This document shows positions 38,701-52,460 of a DNA stretch of 64,000 nucleotides, piece by piece. Numbering within the stretch: the first letter of the stretch is position 1; each line of letters starts with the position of its first letter. Source of the stretch: Auanema rhodensis (Eukaryota; Animalia; Nematoda); contig OZ059897.1 in NCBI GenBank assembly GCA_964057225.1, positions 21,886,001 through 21,950,000 on the forward strand, in the 5' to 3' direction. The notes under the pieces are model-generated. The model was not told the origin of the DNA and did not search any database. It worked only from the letters and a program-made list of their open reading frames with translations. The position numbers and the translations under genes are program-made.

Positions 38701-41372
38701 GGTTTTCAAAATTAGATTCCCCATGTCCATATTAGTCTAAAAACAAATTTTTATTGATATTGGTGCATGGTAACCATGACTTTGAAATTTACGTGAACTT
38801 TAATTTATGCTAATTAAATGTACACGTGATGTGCACTTGGTATGTAACTCGCTTCACGTGAAAGATAAAGAGATGCGGTTTTCAAAATAAGATTCCCCAT
38901 GTCCATATTAGTCTAAAAACAAATTTTTATTGATATTGGTTCATGGTAACCATGACTTTGAAATTTACGTGAACTTTAATTTATGCTAATTAAATGTACA
39001 CGTGATGTGCACTTGATATGTAACTCGCTTCTCGTGAAAGATAAAGAGATGCGGTTTTCAAAATTAGATTCCCCATGTCCATATTAGTCTAAAAACAAAT
39101 TTTTATTGATATTGGTGCATGGTAACCATGACTTTGAAATTTACGTGAACTTTAATTTATGCTAATTAAATGTACACGTGATGTGCACTTGGTATGTAAC
39201 TTGCTTCACGTGAAAGATAAAGAGGTGCGGTTTTCAAAATAAGATTCCCCATGTCCATATTAGTCTAAAAACAAATTTTTATTGATATTGGTTCATGGTA
39301 ACCATGACTTTGAAATTTACGTGAACTTTAATTTATGCTAATTAAATGTACACGTGATGTGCACTTGGTATGTAACTCGCTTCACGTGAAAGATAAAGAG
39401 ATGCGGTTTTCAAAATTAGATTCCCCATGTCCATATTAGTCTAAAAACAAATTTTTATTGATATTGGTGCATGGTAACCATGACTTTGAAATTTACGTGA
39501 ACTTTAATTTATGCTAATTAAATGTACACGTGATGTGCACTTGATATGTAACTCGCTTCTCGTGAAAGATAAAGAGATGCGGTTTTCAAAATTAGATTCC
39601 CCATGTCCATATTAGTCTAAAAACAAATTTTTATTGATATTGGTGCATGGTAACCATGACTTTGAAATTTACGTGAACTTTAATTTATGCTAATTAAATG
39701 TACACGTGATGTGCACTTGGTATGTAACTTGCTTCACGTGAAAGATAAAGAGGTGCGGTTTTCAAAATAAGATTCCCCATGTCCATATTAGTCTAAAAAC
39801 AAATTTTTATTGATATTGGTTCATGGTAACCATGACTTTGAAATTTACGTGAACTTTAATTTATGCTAATTAAATGTACACGTGATGTGCACTTGGTATG
39901 TAACTCGCTTCACGTGAAAGATAAAGAGATGCGGTTTTCAAAATTAGATTCCGCATGTCCATATTAGTCTAAAAACAAATTTTTATTGATATTGGTGCAT
40001 GGTAACCATGACTTTGAAATTTACGTGAACTTTAATTTATGCTAATTAAATGTACACGTGATGTGCACTTGGTATGTAACTCGCTTCACGTGAAAGATAA
40101 AGAGATGCGGTTTTGAAAATTAGATTCCTCATGTCCATATTAGTCTAAAAACGAATTTTTATTGATATTGGTGCATGGTAACCATGACTTTGAAATTTAC
40201 GTGAACTTTAATTTATGCTAATTAAATGTACACGTGATGTGCACTTGGTATGTAACTCGCTTCACGTGAAAGATAAAGAGATGCGGTTTTCAAAATAAGA
40301 TTCCCCATGTCCATATTAGTCTAAAAACAAATTTTTATTGATATTGGTTTATGGTAACCATGACTTTGAAATTTACGTGAACTTTAATTTATGCTAATTA
40401 AATGTACACGTGATGTGCACTTGGTATGTAACTCGCTTCACGTGAAAGATAAAGAGATGCGGTTTTCAAAATAAGCTTCCCCATGTCCATATTAGTCTAA
40501 AAACAAATTTTTATTGATATTGGTTCATGGTAACCATGACTTTGAAATTTACGTGAACTTTAATTTATGCTAATTAAATGTACACGTGATGTGCACTTGA
40601 TATGTAACTCGCTTCACGTGAAAGATAAAGAGATGCGGTTTTCAAAATTAGATTCCCCATGTCCATATTAGTCTAAAAACAAATTTTTATTGATATTGGT
40701 GCATGGTAACCATGACTTTGAAATTTACGTGAACTTTAATTTATGCTAATTAAATGTACACGTGATGTGCACTTGGTATGTAACTCGCTTCACGTGAAAG
40801 ATAAAGAGATGCGGTTTTCAAAATAAGATTCCCCATGTCCATATTAGTCTAAAAACAAATTTTTATTGATATTGGTTCATGGTAACCATGACTTTGAAAT
40901 TTACGTGAACTTTAATTTATGCTAATTAAATGTACACGTGATGTGCACTTGGTATGTAACTCGCTTCACGTGAAAGATAAAGAGATGCGGTTTTGAAAAT
41001 AAGATTCCCCATGTCCATATTAGTCTAAAAACAAATTTTTATTGATATTGGTTCATGGTAACCATGACTTTGAAATTTACGTGAACTTTAATTTATGCTA
41101 ATTAAATGTACACGTGATGTGCACTTGATATGTAACTCGCTTCTCGTGAAAGATAAAGAGATGCGGTTTTCAAAATTAGATTCCCCATGTCCATATTAGT
41201 CTAAAAACAAATTTTTATTGATATTGGTGCATGGTAACCATGACTTTGAAATTTACGTGAACTTTAATTTATGCTAATTAAATGTACACGTGATGTGCAC
41301 TTGGTATGTAACTTGCTTCACGTGAAAGATAAAGAGGTGCGGTTTTCAAAATAAGATTCCCCATGTCCATAT
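35741..41372 (+). repeat. Higher-order repeat of 12 + 11 + 9 (partial) monomers
   Basis: TTCCGCAT marker monomers at 35741, 37853 and 39789. TTCTCGTG and GAGGTG monomers recur in the same order. Confidence 0.85.
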
Positions 41373-44300
41373 TAGTCTAAAAACAAATTTTTATTGATAT
41401 TGGTTCATGGTAACCATGACTTTGAAATTTACGTGAACTTTAATTTATGCTAATTAAATGTACACGTGATGTGCACTTGGTATGTAACTCGCTTCACGTG
41501 AAAGATAAAGAGATGCGGTTTTCAAAATTTGATTCCCGATGTCCATATTAGTCTAAAAACAAATTTTTATTGATATTGGTTCATGGTAACCATGACTTTG
41601 AAATTTACGTGAACTTTAATTTATGCTAATTAAATGTACACGTGATGTGCGCTTGGTATGTAACTCGCTTCACGTGAAAGATAAAGAGATGCGGTTTTCA
41701 AAATTAGATTCCCCATGTCCATATTAGTCTAAAAACAAATTTTTATTGATATGGGTGCATGGTAACCATGACTTTGAAATTTACGTGAACTTTAATTTAT
41801 GCTAATTAAATGTACACGTGATGTGCACTTGGTATGTAACTCGCTTCACGTGAAAGATAAAGAGATGCGGTTTTTAAAATTAGATTCCCCATGTCCATAT
41901 TAGTCTAAAAACAAATTTTTATCGATATTGGTGCATGGTAACCATGACTTTGAAATTTACGTGAACTTTAATTTATGCTAATTAAATGTACACGTGATGT
42001 GCACTTGATATGTAACTCGCTTCACGTGAAAGATAAAGAGATGCGGTTTTCAAAATTAGATTCCCCATGTCCATATTAGTCTAAAAACAAATTTTTATTG
42101 ATATTGGTGCATGGTAACCATGACTTTGAAATTTACGTGAACTTTAATTTATGCTTATTAAATGTACACGTGATGTGCACTTGGTATGTAACTAGCTTCA
42201 CGTGAAAGATAAAGAGATGCGGTTTTTAAAATTAGATTCCCCATGTCCATATTAGTCTAAAAACAAATTTTTATTGATATTGGTTCATGGTAACCATGAC
42301 TTTGAAATTTACGTGAACTTTAATTTATGCTAATTAAATGTACACGTGATGTGCATTTGGTATGTAACTCGCTTCACGTGAAAGATAAAGAGATGCGGTT
42401 TTCAAAATTAGATTCCCCATGTCCATATTAGTCTAAAAACAAATTTTTAGTGATATGGGTGCATGGTAACCATGACTTTGAAATTTACGTGAAGTTTAAT
42501 TTATGCTAATTAAATGTACACGTGATGTGCACTTGGTATGTAACTCGCTTCACGTGAAAGATAAAGAGATGCGGTTTTCAAAATAAGATTCCCCATGTCC
42601 ATATTAGTCTAAAAACAAATTTTTATTGATATTGGTTCATGGTAACCATGACTTTGAAATTTACGTGAAGTTTAATTTATGCTAATTAAATGTACACGTG
42701 ATGTGCACTTGGTATGTAACTCGCTTCACGTGAAAGATAAAGAGATGCGGTTTTCAAAATTAGATTCCCCATGTCCATATTAGTCTAAAAACAAATTTTC
42801 ATTGATATTGGTTCATGGTAACCATGACTTTGAAATTTACGTGAACTTTAATTTATGCTAATTAAATGTACACGTGATGTGCACTTGGTATGTAACTAGC
42901 TTCACGTGAAAGATAAAGAGATGCGGTTTTCAAAATTAGATTCCCCATGTCCATATTAGTCTAAAAACAAATTTTTATTGATATTGGTTCATGGTAACCA
43001 TGACTTTGAAATTTACGTGAACTTTAATTTATGCTAATTAAATGTACACGTGATGTGCACTTGGTATGTAACTCGCTTCACGTGAAAGATAAAGAGATGC
43101 GGTTTTCAAAATTAGATTCCCCATGTCCATATTAGTCTAAAAACAAATTTTTATTGATATTGGTTCATGGTAACCATGACTTTGAAATTTACGTGAACTT
43201 TAATTTATGCTAATTAAATGTACACGTGATGTGCACTTGGTATGTAACTCGCTTCACGTGAAAGATAAAGAGATGCGGTTTTCAAAATTTGATTCCCCAT
43301 GTCCATATTAGTCTAAAAACAAATTTTTATTGATATTGGTTCATGGTAACCATGACTTTGAAATTTACGTGAACTTTAATTTATGCTAATTAAATGTACA
43401 CGTGATGTGCACTTGGTATGTAACTCGCTTCACGTGAAAGATAAAGAGATGCGGTTTTCAAAATTAGATTCCCCATGTCCATGTTAGTCTAAAAACAAAT
43501 TTTTATTGATATGGGTGCATGGTAACCATGACTTTGAAATTTACGTGAACTTTAATTTATGCTAATTAAATGTACACGTGATGTGCACTTGGTATGTAAC
43601 TCGCTTCACGTGAAAGATAAAGAGATGCGGTTTTTAAAATTAGATTCCCCATGTCCATATTAGTCTAAAAACAAATTTTTATCGATATTGGTGCATGGTA
43701 ACCATGACTTTGAAATTTACGTGAACTTTAATTTATGCTAATTAAATGTACACGTGATGTGCACTTGATATGTAACTCGCTTCACGTGAAAGATAAAGAG
43801 ATGCGGTTTTCAAAATTAGATTCCCCATGTCCATATTAGTCTAAAAACAAATTTTTATTGATATTGGTGCATGGTAACCATGACTTTGAAATTTACGTGA
43901 ACTTTAATTTATGCTTATTAAATGTACACGTGATGTGCACTTGGTATGTAACTAGCTTCACGTGAAAGATAAAGAGATGCGGTTTTTAAAATTAGATTCC
44001 CCATGTCCATATTAGTCTAAAAACAAATTTTTATTGATATTGGTTCATGGTAACCATGACTTTGAAATTTACGTGAACTTTAATTTATGCTAATTAAATG
44101 TACACGTGATGTGCACTTGGTATGTAACTCGCTTCACGTGAAAGATAAAGAGATGCGGTTTTCAAAATTAGATTCACCATGTCCATATTAGTCTAAAAAC
44201 AAATTTTTATTGATATGGGTGCATGGTAACCATGACTTTGAAATTTACGTGAACTTTAATTTATGCTAATTAAATGTACACGTGATGTGCACTTGGTATG

Positions 44301-47300
44301 TAACTCGCTTCACGTGAAAGATAAAGAGATGCGGTTTTCAAAATAAGATTCCCCATGTCCATATTAGTCTAAAAACAAATTTTTATTGATATTGGTTCAT
44401 GGTAACCATGACTTTGAAATTTACGTGAACTTTAATTTATGCTAATTAAATGTACACGTGATGTGCACTTGGTATGTAACTAGCTTCACGTGAAAGATAA
44501 AGAGATGCGGTTTTCAAAATTAGATTCCCCATGTCCATGTTAGTCTAAAAACAAATTTTTATTGATATGGGTGCATGGTAACCATGACTTTGAAATTTAC
44601 GTGAACTTTAATTTATGCTAATTAAATGTACACGTGATGTGCACTTGGTATGTAACTCGCTTCACGTGAAAGATAAAGAGATGCGGTTTTCAAAATTAGA
44701 TTCCCCATGTCCATATTAGTCTAAAAACAAATTTTTATTGATATTGGTTCATGGTAACCATGACTTTGAAATTTACGTGAACTTTAATTTATGCTAATTA
44801 AATGTACACGTGATGTGCACTTGGTATGTAACTCGCTTCACGTGAAAGATAAAGAGATGCGGTTTTCAAAATTAGATTCCCCATGTCCATATTAGTCTAA
44901 AAACAAATTTTTATTGATATTGGTTCATGGTAACCATGACTTTGAAATTTACGTGAACTTTAATTTATGCTAATTAAATGTACACGTGATGTGCACTTGG
45001 TATGTAACTCGCTTCACGTGAAAGATAAAGAGATGCGGTTTTCAAAATTTGATTCCCCATGTCCATATTAGTCTAAAAACAAATTTTTATTGATATTGGT
45101 TCATGGTAACCATGACTTTGAAATTTACGTGAACTTTAATTTATGCTAATTAAATGTACACGTGATGTGCACTTGGTATGTAACTCGCTTCACGTGAAAG
45201 ATAAAGAGATGCGGTTTTCAAAATAAGATTCCCCATGTCCATATTAGTCTAAAAACAAATTTTTATTGATATTGGTTCATGGTAACCATGACTTTGAAAT
45301 TTACGTGAACTTTAATTTATGCTAATTAAATGTACACGTGATGTGCACTTGGTATGTAACTAGCTTCACGTGAAAGATAAAGAGATGCGGTTTTCAAAAT
45401 TAGATTCCCCATGTCCATGTTAGTCTAAAAACAAATTTTTATTGATATGGGTGCATGGTAACCATGACTTTGAAATTTACGTGAACTTTAATTTATGCTA
45501 ATTAAATGTACACGTGATGTGCACTTGGTATGTAACTCGCTTCACGTGAAAGATAAAGAGATGCGGTTTTCAAAATTTGATTCCCCATGTCCATATTAGT
45601 CTAAAAACAAATTTTTATTGATATTGGTTCATGGTAACCATGACTTTGAAATTTACGTGAACTTTAATTTATGCTAATTAAATGTACACGTGATGTGCAC
45701 TTGGTATGTAACTCGCTTCACGTGAAAGATAAAGAGATGCGGTTTTCAAAATTAGATTCCCCATGTCCATGTTAGTCTAAAAACAAATTTTTATTGATAT
45801 GGGTGCATGGTAACCATGACTTTGAAATTTACGTGAACTTTAATTTATGCTAATTAAATATACACGTGATGTGCACTTGGTATGTAACTCGCTTCACGTG
45901 AAAGATAAAGAGATGCGGTTTTCAAAATTAGATTCCCCATGTCCATATTAGTCTAAAAACAAATTTTTATTGATATTGGTGCATGGTAACCATGACTTTG
46001 AAATTTACGTGAACTTTAATTTATGCTTATTAAATGTAAACGTGATGTGCACTTGGTATGTAACTAGCTTCACGTGAAAGATAAAGAGATGCGGTTTTTA
46101 AAATTAGATTCCCCATGTCCATATTAGTCTAAAAACAAATTTTTATTGATATTGGTTCATGGTAACCATGACTTTGAAATTTACGTGAACTTTAATTTAT
46201 GCTAATTAAATGTACACGTGATGTGCACTTGGTATGTAACTCGCTTCACGTGAAAGATAAAGAGATGCGGTTTTCAAAATTAGATTCACCATGTCCATAT
46301 TAGTCTAAAAACAAATTTTTATTGATATGGGTGCATGGTAACCATGACTTTGAAATTTACGTGAACTTTAATTTATGCTAATTAAATGTACACGTGATGT
46401 GCACTTGGTATGTAACTCGCTTCACGTGAAAGATAAAGAGATGCGGTTTTCAAAATAAGATTCCCCATGTCCATATTAGTCTAAAAACAAATTTTTATTG
46501 ATATTGGTTCATGGTAACCATGACTTTGAAATTTACGTGAACTTTAATTTATGCTAATTAAATGTACACGTGATGTGCACTTGGTATGTAACTAGCTTCA
46601 CGTGAAAGATAAAGAGATGCGGTTTTCAAAATTAGATTCCCCATGTCCATGTTAGTCTAAAAACAAATTTTTATTGATATGGGTGCATGGTAACCATGAC
46701 TTTGAAATTTACGTGAACTTTAATTTATGCTAATTAAATGTACACGTGATGTGCACTTGGTATGTAACTCGCTTCACGTGAAAGATAAAGAGATGCGGTT
46801 TTTAAAATTAGATTCCCCATGTCCATATTAGTCTAAAAACAACTTTTTATTGATATTGGTGCATGGTAACCATGACTTTGAAATTTACGTGAACTTTAAT
46901 TTATGCTAATTAAATGTACACGTGATGTGCACTTGGTATGTAACTCGCTTCACGTGAAAGATAAAGAGATGCGGTTTTCAAAATAAGATTCCCCATGTCC
47001 ATATTAGTCTAAAAACATATTTTTATTGATATTGGTTCATGGTAACCATGACTTTGAAATTTACGTGAACTTTAATTTATGCTAATTAAATGTACACGTG
47101 ATGTGCACTTGGTATGTAACTAGCTTCACGTGAAAGATAAAGAGATGCGGTTTTCAAAATTAGATTCCCCATGTCCATATTAGTCTAAAAACAAATTTTT
47201 ATTGATATTGGTTCATGGTAACCATGACTTTGAAATTTACGTGAACTTTAATTTATGCTAATTAAATGTACACGTGATGTGCACTTGGTATGTAACTCGC

Positions 47301-50300
47301 TTCACGTGAAAGATAAAGAGATGCGGTTTTCAAAATAAGATTCCCCATGTCCATATTAGTCTAAAAACAAATTTTTATTGATATTGGTTCATGGTAACCA
47401 TGACTTTGAAATTTACGTGAACTTTAATTTATGCTAATTAAATGTACACGTGATGTGCACTTGGTATGTAACTCGCTTCACGTGAAAGATAAAGAGATGC
47501 GGTTTTCAAAATAAGATTCCCCATGTCCATATTAGTCTAAAAACAAATTTTTATTGATATTGGTTCATGGTAACCATGACTTTGAAATTTACGTGAACTT
47601 TAATTTATGCTAATTAAATGTACACGTGATGTGCACTTGGTATGTAACTAGCTTCACGTGAAAGATAAAGAGATGCGGTTTTCAAAATTAGATTCCCCAT
47701 ATCCATATTAGTCTAAAAACAAATTTTTATTGATATTGGTTCATGGTAACCATGACTTTGAAATTTACGTGAACTTTAATTTATGCTAATTAAATGTACA
47801 CGTGATGTGCACTTGGTATGTAACTCGCTTCACGTGAAAGATAAAGAGATGCGGTTTTCAAAATTAGATTCCCCATGTCCATATTAGTCTAAAAACAAAT
47901 TTTTATTGATATTGGTTCATGGTAACCATGACTTTGAAATTTACGTGAACTTTAATTTATGCTAATTAAATGTACACGTGATGTGCACTTGGTATGTAAC
48001 TCGCTTCACGTGAAAGATAAAGAGATGCGGTTTTCAAAATTAGATTCACCATGTCCATATTAGTCTAAAAACAAATTTTTATTGATATGGGTGCATGGTA
48101 ACCATGACTTTGAAATTTACGTGAACTTTAATTTATGCTAATTAAATGTACACGTGATGTGCACTTGGTATGTAACTCGCTTCACGTGAAAGATAAAGAG
48201 ATGCGGTTTTCAAAATAAGATTCCCCATGTCCATATTAGTCTAAAAACAAATTTTTATTGATATTGGTTCATGGTAACCATGACTTTGAAATTTACGTGA
48301 ACTTTAATTTATGCTAATTAAATGTACACGTGATGTGCACTTGGTATGTAACTAGCTTCACGTGAAAGATAAAGAGATGCGGTTTTCAAAATTAGATTCC
48401 CCATGTCCATGTTAGTCTAAAAACAAATTTTTATTGATATGGGTGCATGGTAACCATGACTTTGAAATTTACGTGAACTTTAATTTATGCTAATTAAATG
48501 TACACGTGATGTGCACTTGGTATGTAACTCGCTTCACGTGAAAGATAAAGAGATGCGGTTTTTAAAATTAGATTCCCCATGTCCATATTAGTCTAAAAAC
48601 AACTTTTTATTGATATTGGTGCATGGTAACCATGACTTTGAAATTTACGTGAACTTTAATTTATGCTAATTAAATGTACACGTGATGTGCACTTGGTATG
48701 TAACTCGCTTCACGTGAAAGATAAAGAGATGCGGTTTTCAAAATTAGATTCCCCATGTCCATATTAGTCTAAAAACAAATTTTTATTGATATTGGTGCAT
48801 GGTAACCATGACTTTGAAATTTACGTGAACTTTAATTTATGCTAATTAAATGTACACGTGATGTGCACTTGGTATGTAACTCGCTTCACGTGAAAGATAA
48901 AGAGATGCGGTTTTCAAAATAAGATTCCCCATGTCCATATTAGTCTAAAAACATATTTTTATTGATATTGGTTCATGGTAACCATGACTTTGAAATTTAC
49001 GTGAACTTTAATTTATGCTAATTAAATGTACACGTGATGTGCACTTGGTATGTAACTAGCTTCACGTGAAAGATAAAGAGATGCGGTTTTCAAAATTAGA
49101 TTCCCCATGTCCATATTAGTCTAAAAACAAATTTTTATTGATATTGGTTCATGGTAACCATGACTTTGAAATTTACGTGAACTTTAATTTATGCTAATTA
49201 AATGTACACGTGATGTGCACTTGGTATGTAACTCGCTTCACGTGAAAGATAAAGAGATGCGGTTTTCAAAATAAGATTCCCCATGTCCATATTAGTCTAA
49301 AAACAAATTTTTATTGATATTGGTTCATGGTAACCATGACTTTGAAATTTACGTGAACTTTAATTTATGCTAATTAAATGTACACGTGATGTGCACTTGG
49401 TATGTAACTAGCTTCACGTGAAAGATAAAGAGATGCGGTTTTCAAAATTAGATTCCCCATGTCCATGTTAGTCTAAAAACAAATTTTTATTGATATGGGT
49501 GCATGGTAACCATGACTTTGAAATTTACGTGAACTTTAATTTATGCTAATTAAATGTACACGTGATGTGCACTTGGTATGTAACTCGCTTCACGTGAAAG
49601 ATAAAGAGATGCGGTTTTCAAAATAAGATTCCCCATGTCCATATTAGTCTAAAAACAAATTTTTATTGATATTGGTTCATGGTAACCATGACTTTGAAAT
49701 TTACGTGAACTTTAATTTATGCTAATTAAATGTACACGTGATGTGCACTTGGTATGTAACTAGCTTCACGTGAAAGATAAAGAGATGCGGTTTTCAAAAT
49801 TTGATTCCCCATGTCCATATTAGTCTAAAAACAAATTTTTATTGATATTGGTTCATGGTAACCATGACTTTGAAATTTACGTGAACTTTAATTTATGCTA
49901 ATTAAATGTACACGTGATGTGCACTTGGTATGTAACTCGCTTCACGTGAAAGATAAAGAGATGCGGTTTTCAAAATTAGATTCCCCATGTCCATATTAGT
50001 CTAAAAACAAATTTTTATTGATATTGGTTCATGGTAACCATGACTTTGAAATTTACGTGAACTTTAATTTATGCTAATTAAATGTACACGTGATGTGCAC
50101 TTGGTATGTAACTCGCTTCACGTGAAAGATAAAGAGATGCGGTTTTCAAAATTAGATTCCCCATGTCCATGTTAGTCTAAAAACAAATTTTTATTGATAT
50201 GGGTGCATGGTAACCATGACTTTGAAATTTACGTGAACTTTAATTTATGCTAATTAAATGTACACGTGATGTGCACTTGGTATGTAACTCGCTTCACGTG

Positions 50301-52460
50301 AAAGATGAAGAGATGCGGTTTTTAAAATTAGATTCCCCATGTCCATATTAGTCTAAAAACAAATTTTTATCGATATTGGTGCATGGTAACCATGACTTTG
50401 AAATTTACGTGAACTTTAATTTATGCTAATTAAATGTACACGTGATGTGCACTTGATATGTAACTCGCTTCACGTGAAAGATAAAGAGATGCGGTTTTCA
50501 AAATTAGATTCCCCATGTCCATATTAGTCTAAAAACAAATTTTTATTGATATTGGTGCATGGTAACCATGACTTTGAAATTTACGTGAACTTTAATTTAT
50601 GCTTATTGAATGTAAACGTGATGTGCACTTGGTATGTAACTAGCTTCACGTGAAAGATAAAGAGATGCGGTTTTTAAAATTAGATTCCCCATGTCCATAT
50701 TAGTCTAAAAACAAATTTTTATTGATATGGGTGCATGGTAACCATGACTTTGAAATTTACGAGAACTTTAATTTATGCTAATTAAATGTACACGTGATGT
50801 GCACTTGGTATGTAACTCGCTTCACGTGAAAGATAAAGAGATGCGGTTTTCAAAATTAGATTCACCATGTCCATATTAGTCTAAAAACAAATTTTTATTG
50901 ATATGGGTGCATGGTAACCATGACTTTGAAATTTACGTGAACTTTAATTTATGCTAATTAAATGTACACGTGATGTGCACTTGGTATGTAACTCGCTTCA
51001 CGTGAAAGATAAAGAGATGCGGTTTTCAAAATAAGATTCCCCATGTCCATATTAGTCTAAAAACAAATTTTTATTGATATTGGTTCATGGTAACCATGAC
51101 TTTGAAATTTACGTGAACTTTAATTTATGCTAATTAAATGTACACGTGATGTGCACTTGGTATGTAACTAGCTTCACGTGAAAGATAAAGAGATGCGGTT
51201 TTCAAAATTAGATTCCCCATGTCCATGTTAGTCTAAAAACAAATTTTTATTGATATGGGTGCATGGTAACCATGACTTTGATATTTACGTGAACTTTAAT
51301 TTATGCTAATTAAATGTACACGTGATGTGCACTTGGTATGTAACTCGCTTCACGTGAAAGATAAAGAGATGCGGTTTTTAAAATTAGATTCCCCATGTCC
51401 ATATTAGTCTAAAAACAACTTTTTATTGATATTGGTGCATGGTAACCATGACTTTGAAATTTACGTGAACTTTAATTTATGCTAATTAAATGTACACGTG
51501 ATGTGCACTTGGTATGTAACTCGCTTCACGTGAAAGATAAAGAGATGCGGTTTTCAAAATAAGATTCCCCATGTCCATATTAGTCTAAAAACAAATTTTT
51601 ATTGATATTGGTTCATGGTAACCATGACTTTGAAATTTACGTGAACTTTAATTTATGCTTATTAAATGTACACGTGATGTGCACTTGGTATGTAACTAGC
51701 TTCACGTGAAAGATAAAGAGATGCGGTTTTTAAAATTAGATTCCCCATGTCCATATTAGTCTAAAAACAAATTTTTATTGATATTGGTTCATGGTAACCA
51801 TGACTTTGAAATTTACGTGAACTTTAATTTATGCTAATTAAATGTACACGTGATGTGCACTTGGTATGTAACTCGCTTCACGTGAAAGATAAAGAGATGC
51901 GGTTTTCAAAATAAGATTTCCCATGTCCATATTAGTCTAAAAACAAATTTTTATTGATATTGGTTCATGGTAACCATGACTTTGAAATTTACGTGAACTT
52001 TAATTTATGCTAATTAAATGTACACGTGATGTGCACTTGGTATGTAACTCGCTTCACGTGAAAGATAAAGAGATGCGGTTTTCGAAATTAGATTCCCCAT
52101 GTCCATATTAGTCTAAAAACAAATTTTTATTGATATGGGTGCATGGTAACCATGACTTTGAAATTTACGTGAACTTTAATTTATGCTAATTAAATGTACA
52201 CGTGATGTGCACTTGGTATGTAACTCGCTTCACGTGAAAGATAAAGAGATGCGGTTTTCAAAATTAGATTCCCCATGTCCATATTAGTCTAAAAACAAAT
52301 TTTTATTGATATTGGTTCATGGTAACCATGACTTTGAAATTTACGTGAACTTTAATTTATGCTAATTAAATGTACACGTGATGTGCACTTGGTATGTAAC
52401 TCGCTTCACGTGAAAGATAAAGAGATGCGGTTTTCAAAATTAGATTCCCCATGTCCATAT
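41373..52460. repeat. Satellite variant domain C
   Basis: Marked by C118A (ACTAGC), A175G (CCATGTT), C164A (TTCACC), T23C (ATCGAT) and frequent C151T and A80T. The right boundary is approximate. Confidence 0.8.

Larger units (their letters stand above)
16018..41372. repeat. Satellite variant domain B
   Basis: T157A (AATAAG), A158T and T29G (ATGGG) first appear here. A141T (GAGTTG), A160C (AAGCTT), A13G (ACGAA), G112>TT (177-bp monomers), A124T and A141G appear confined to it. Most domain A variants disappear. Confidence 0.85.
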
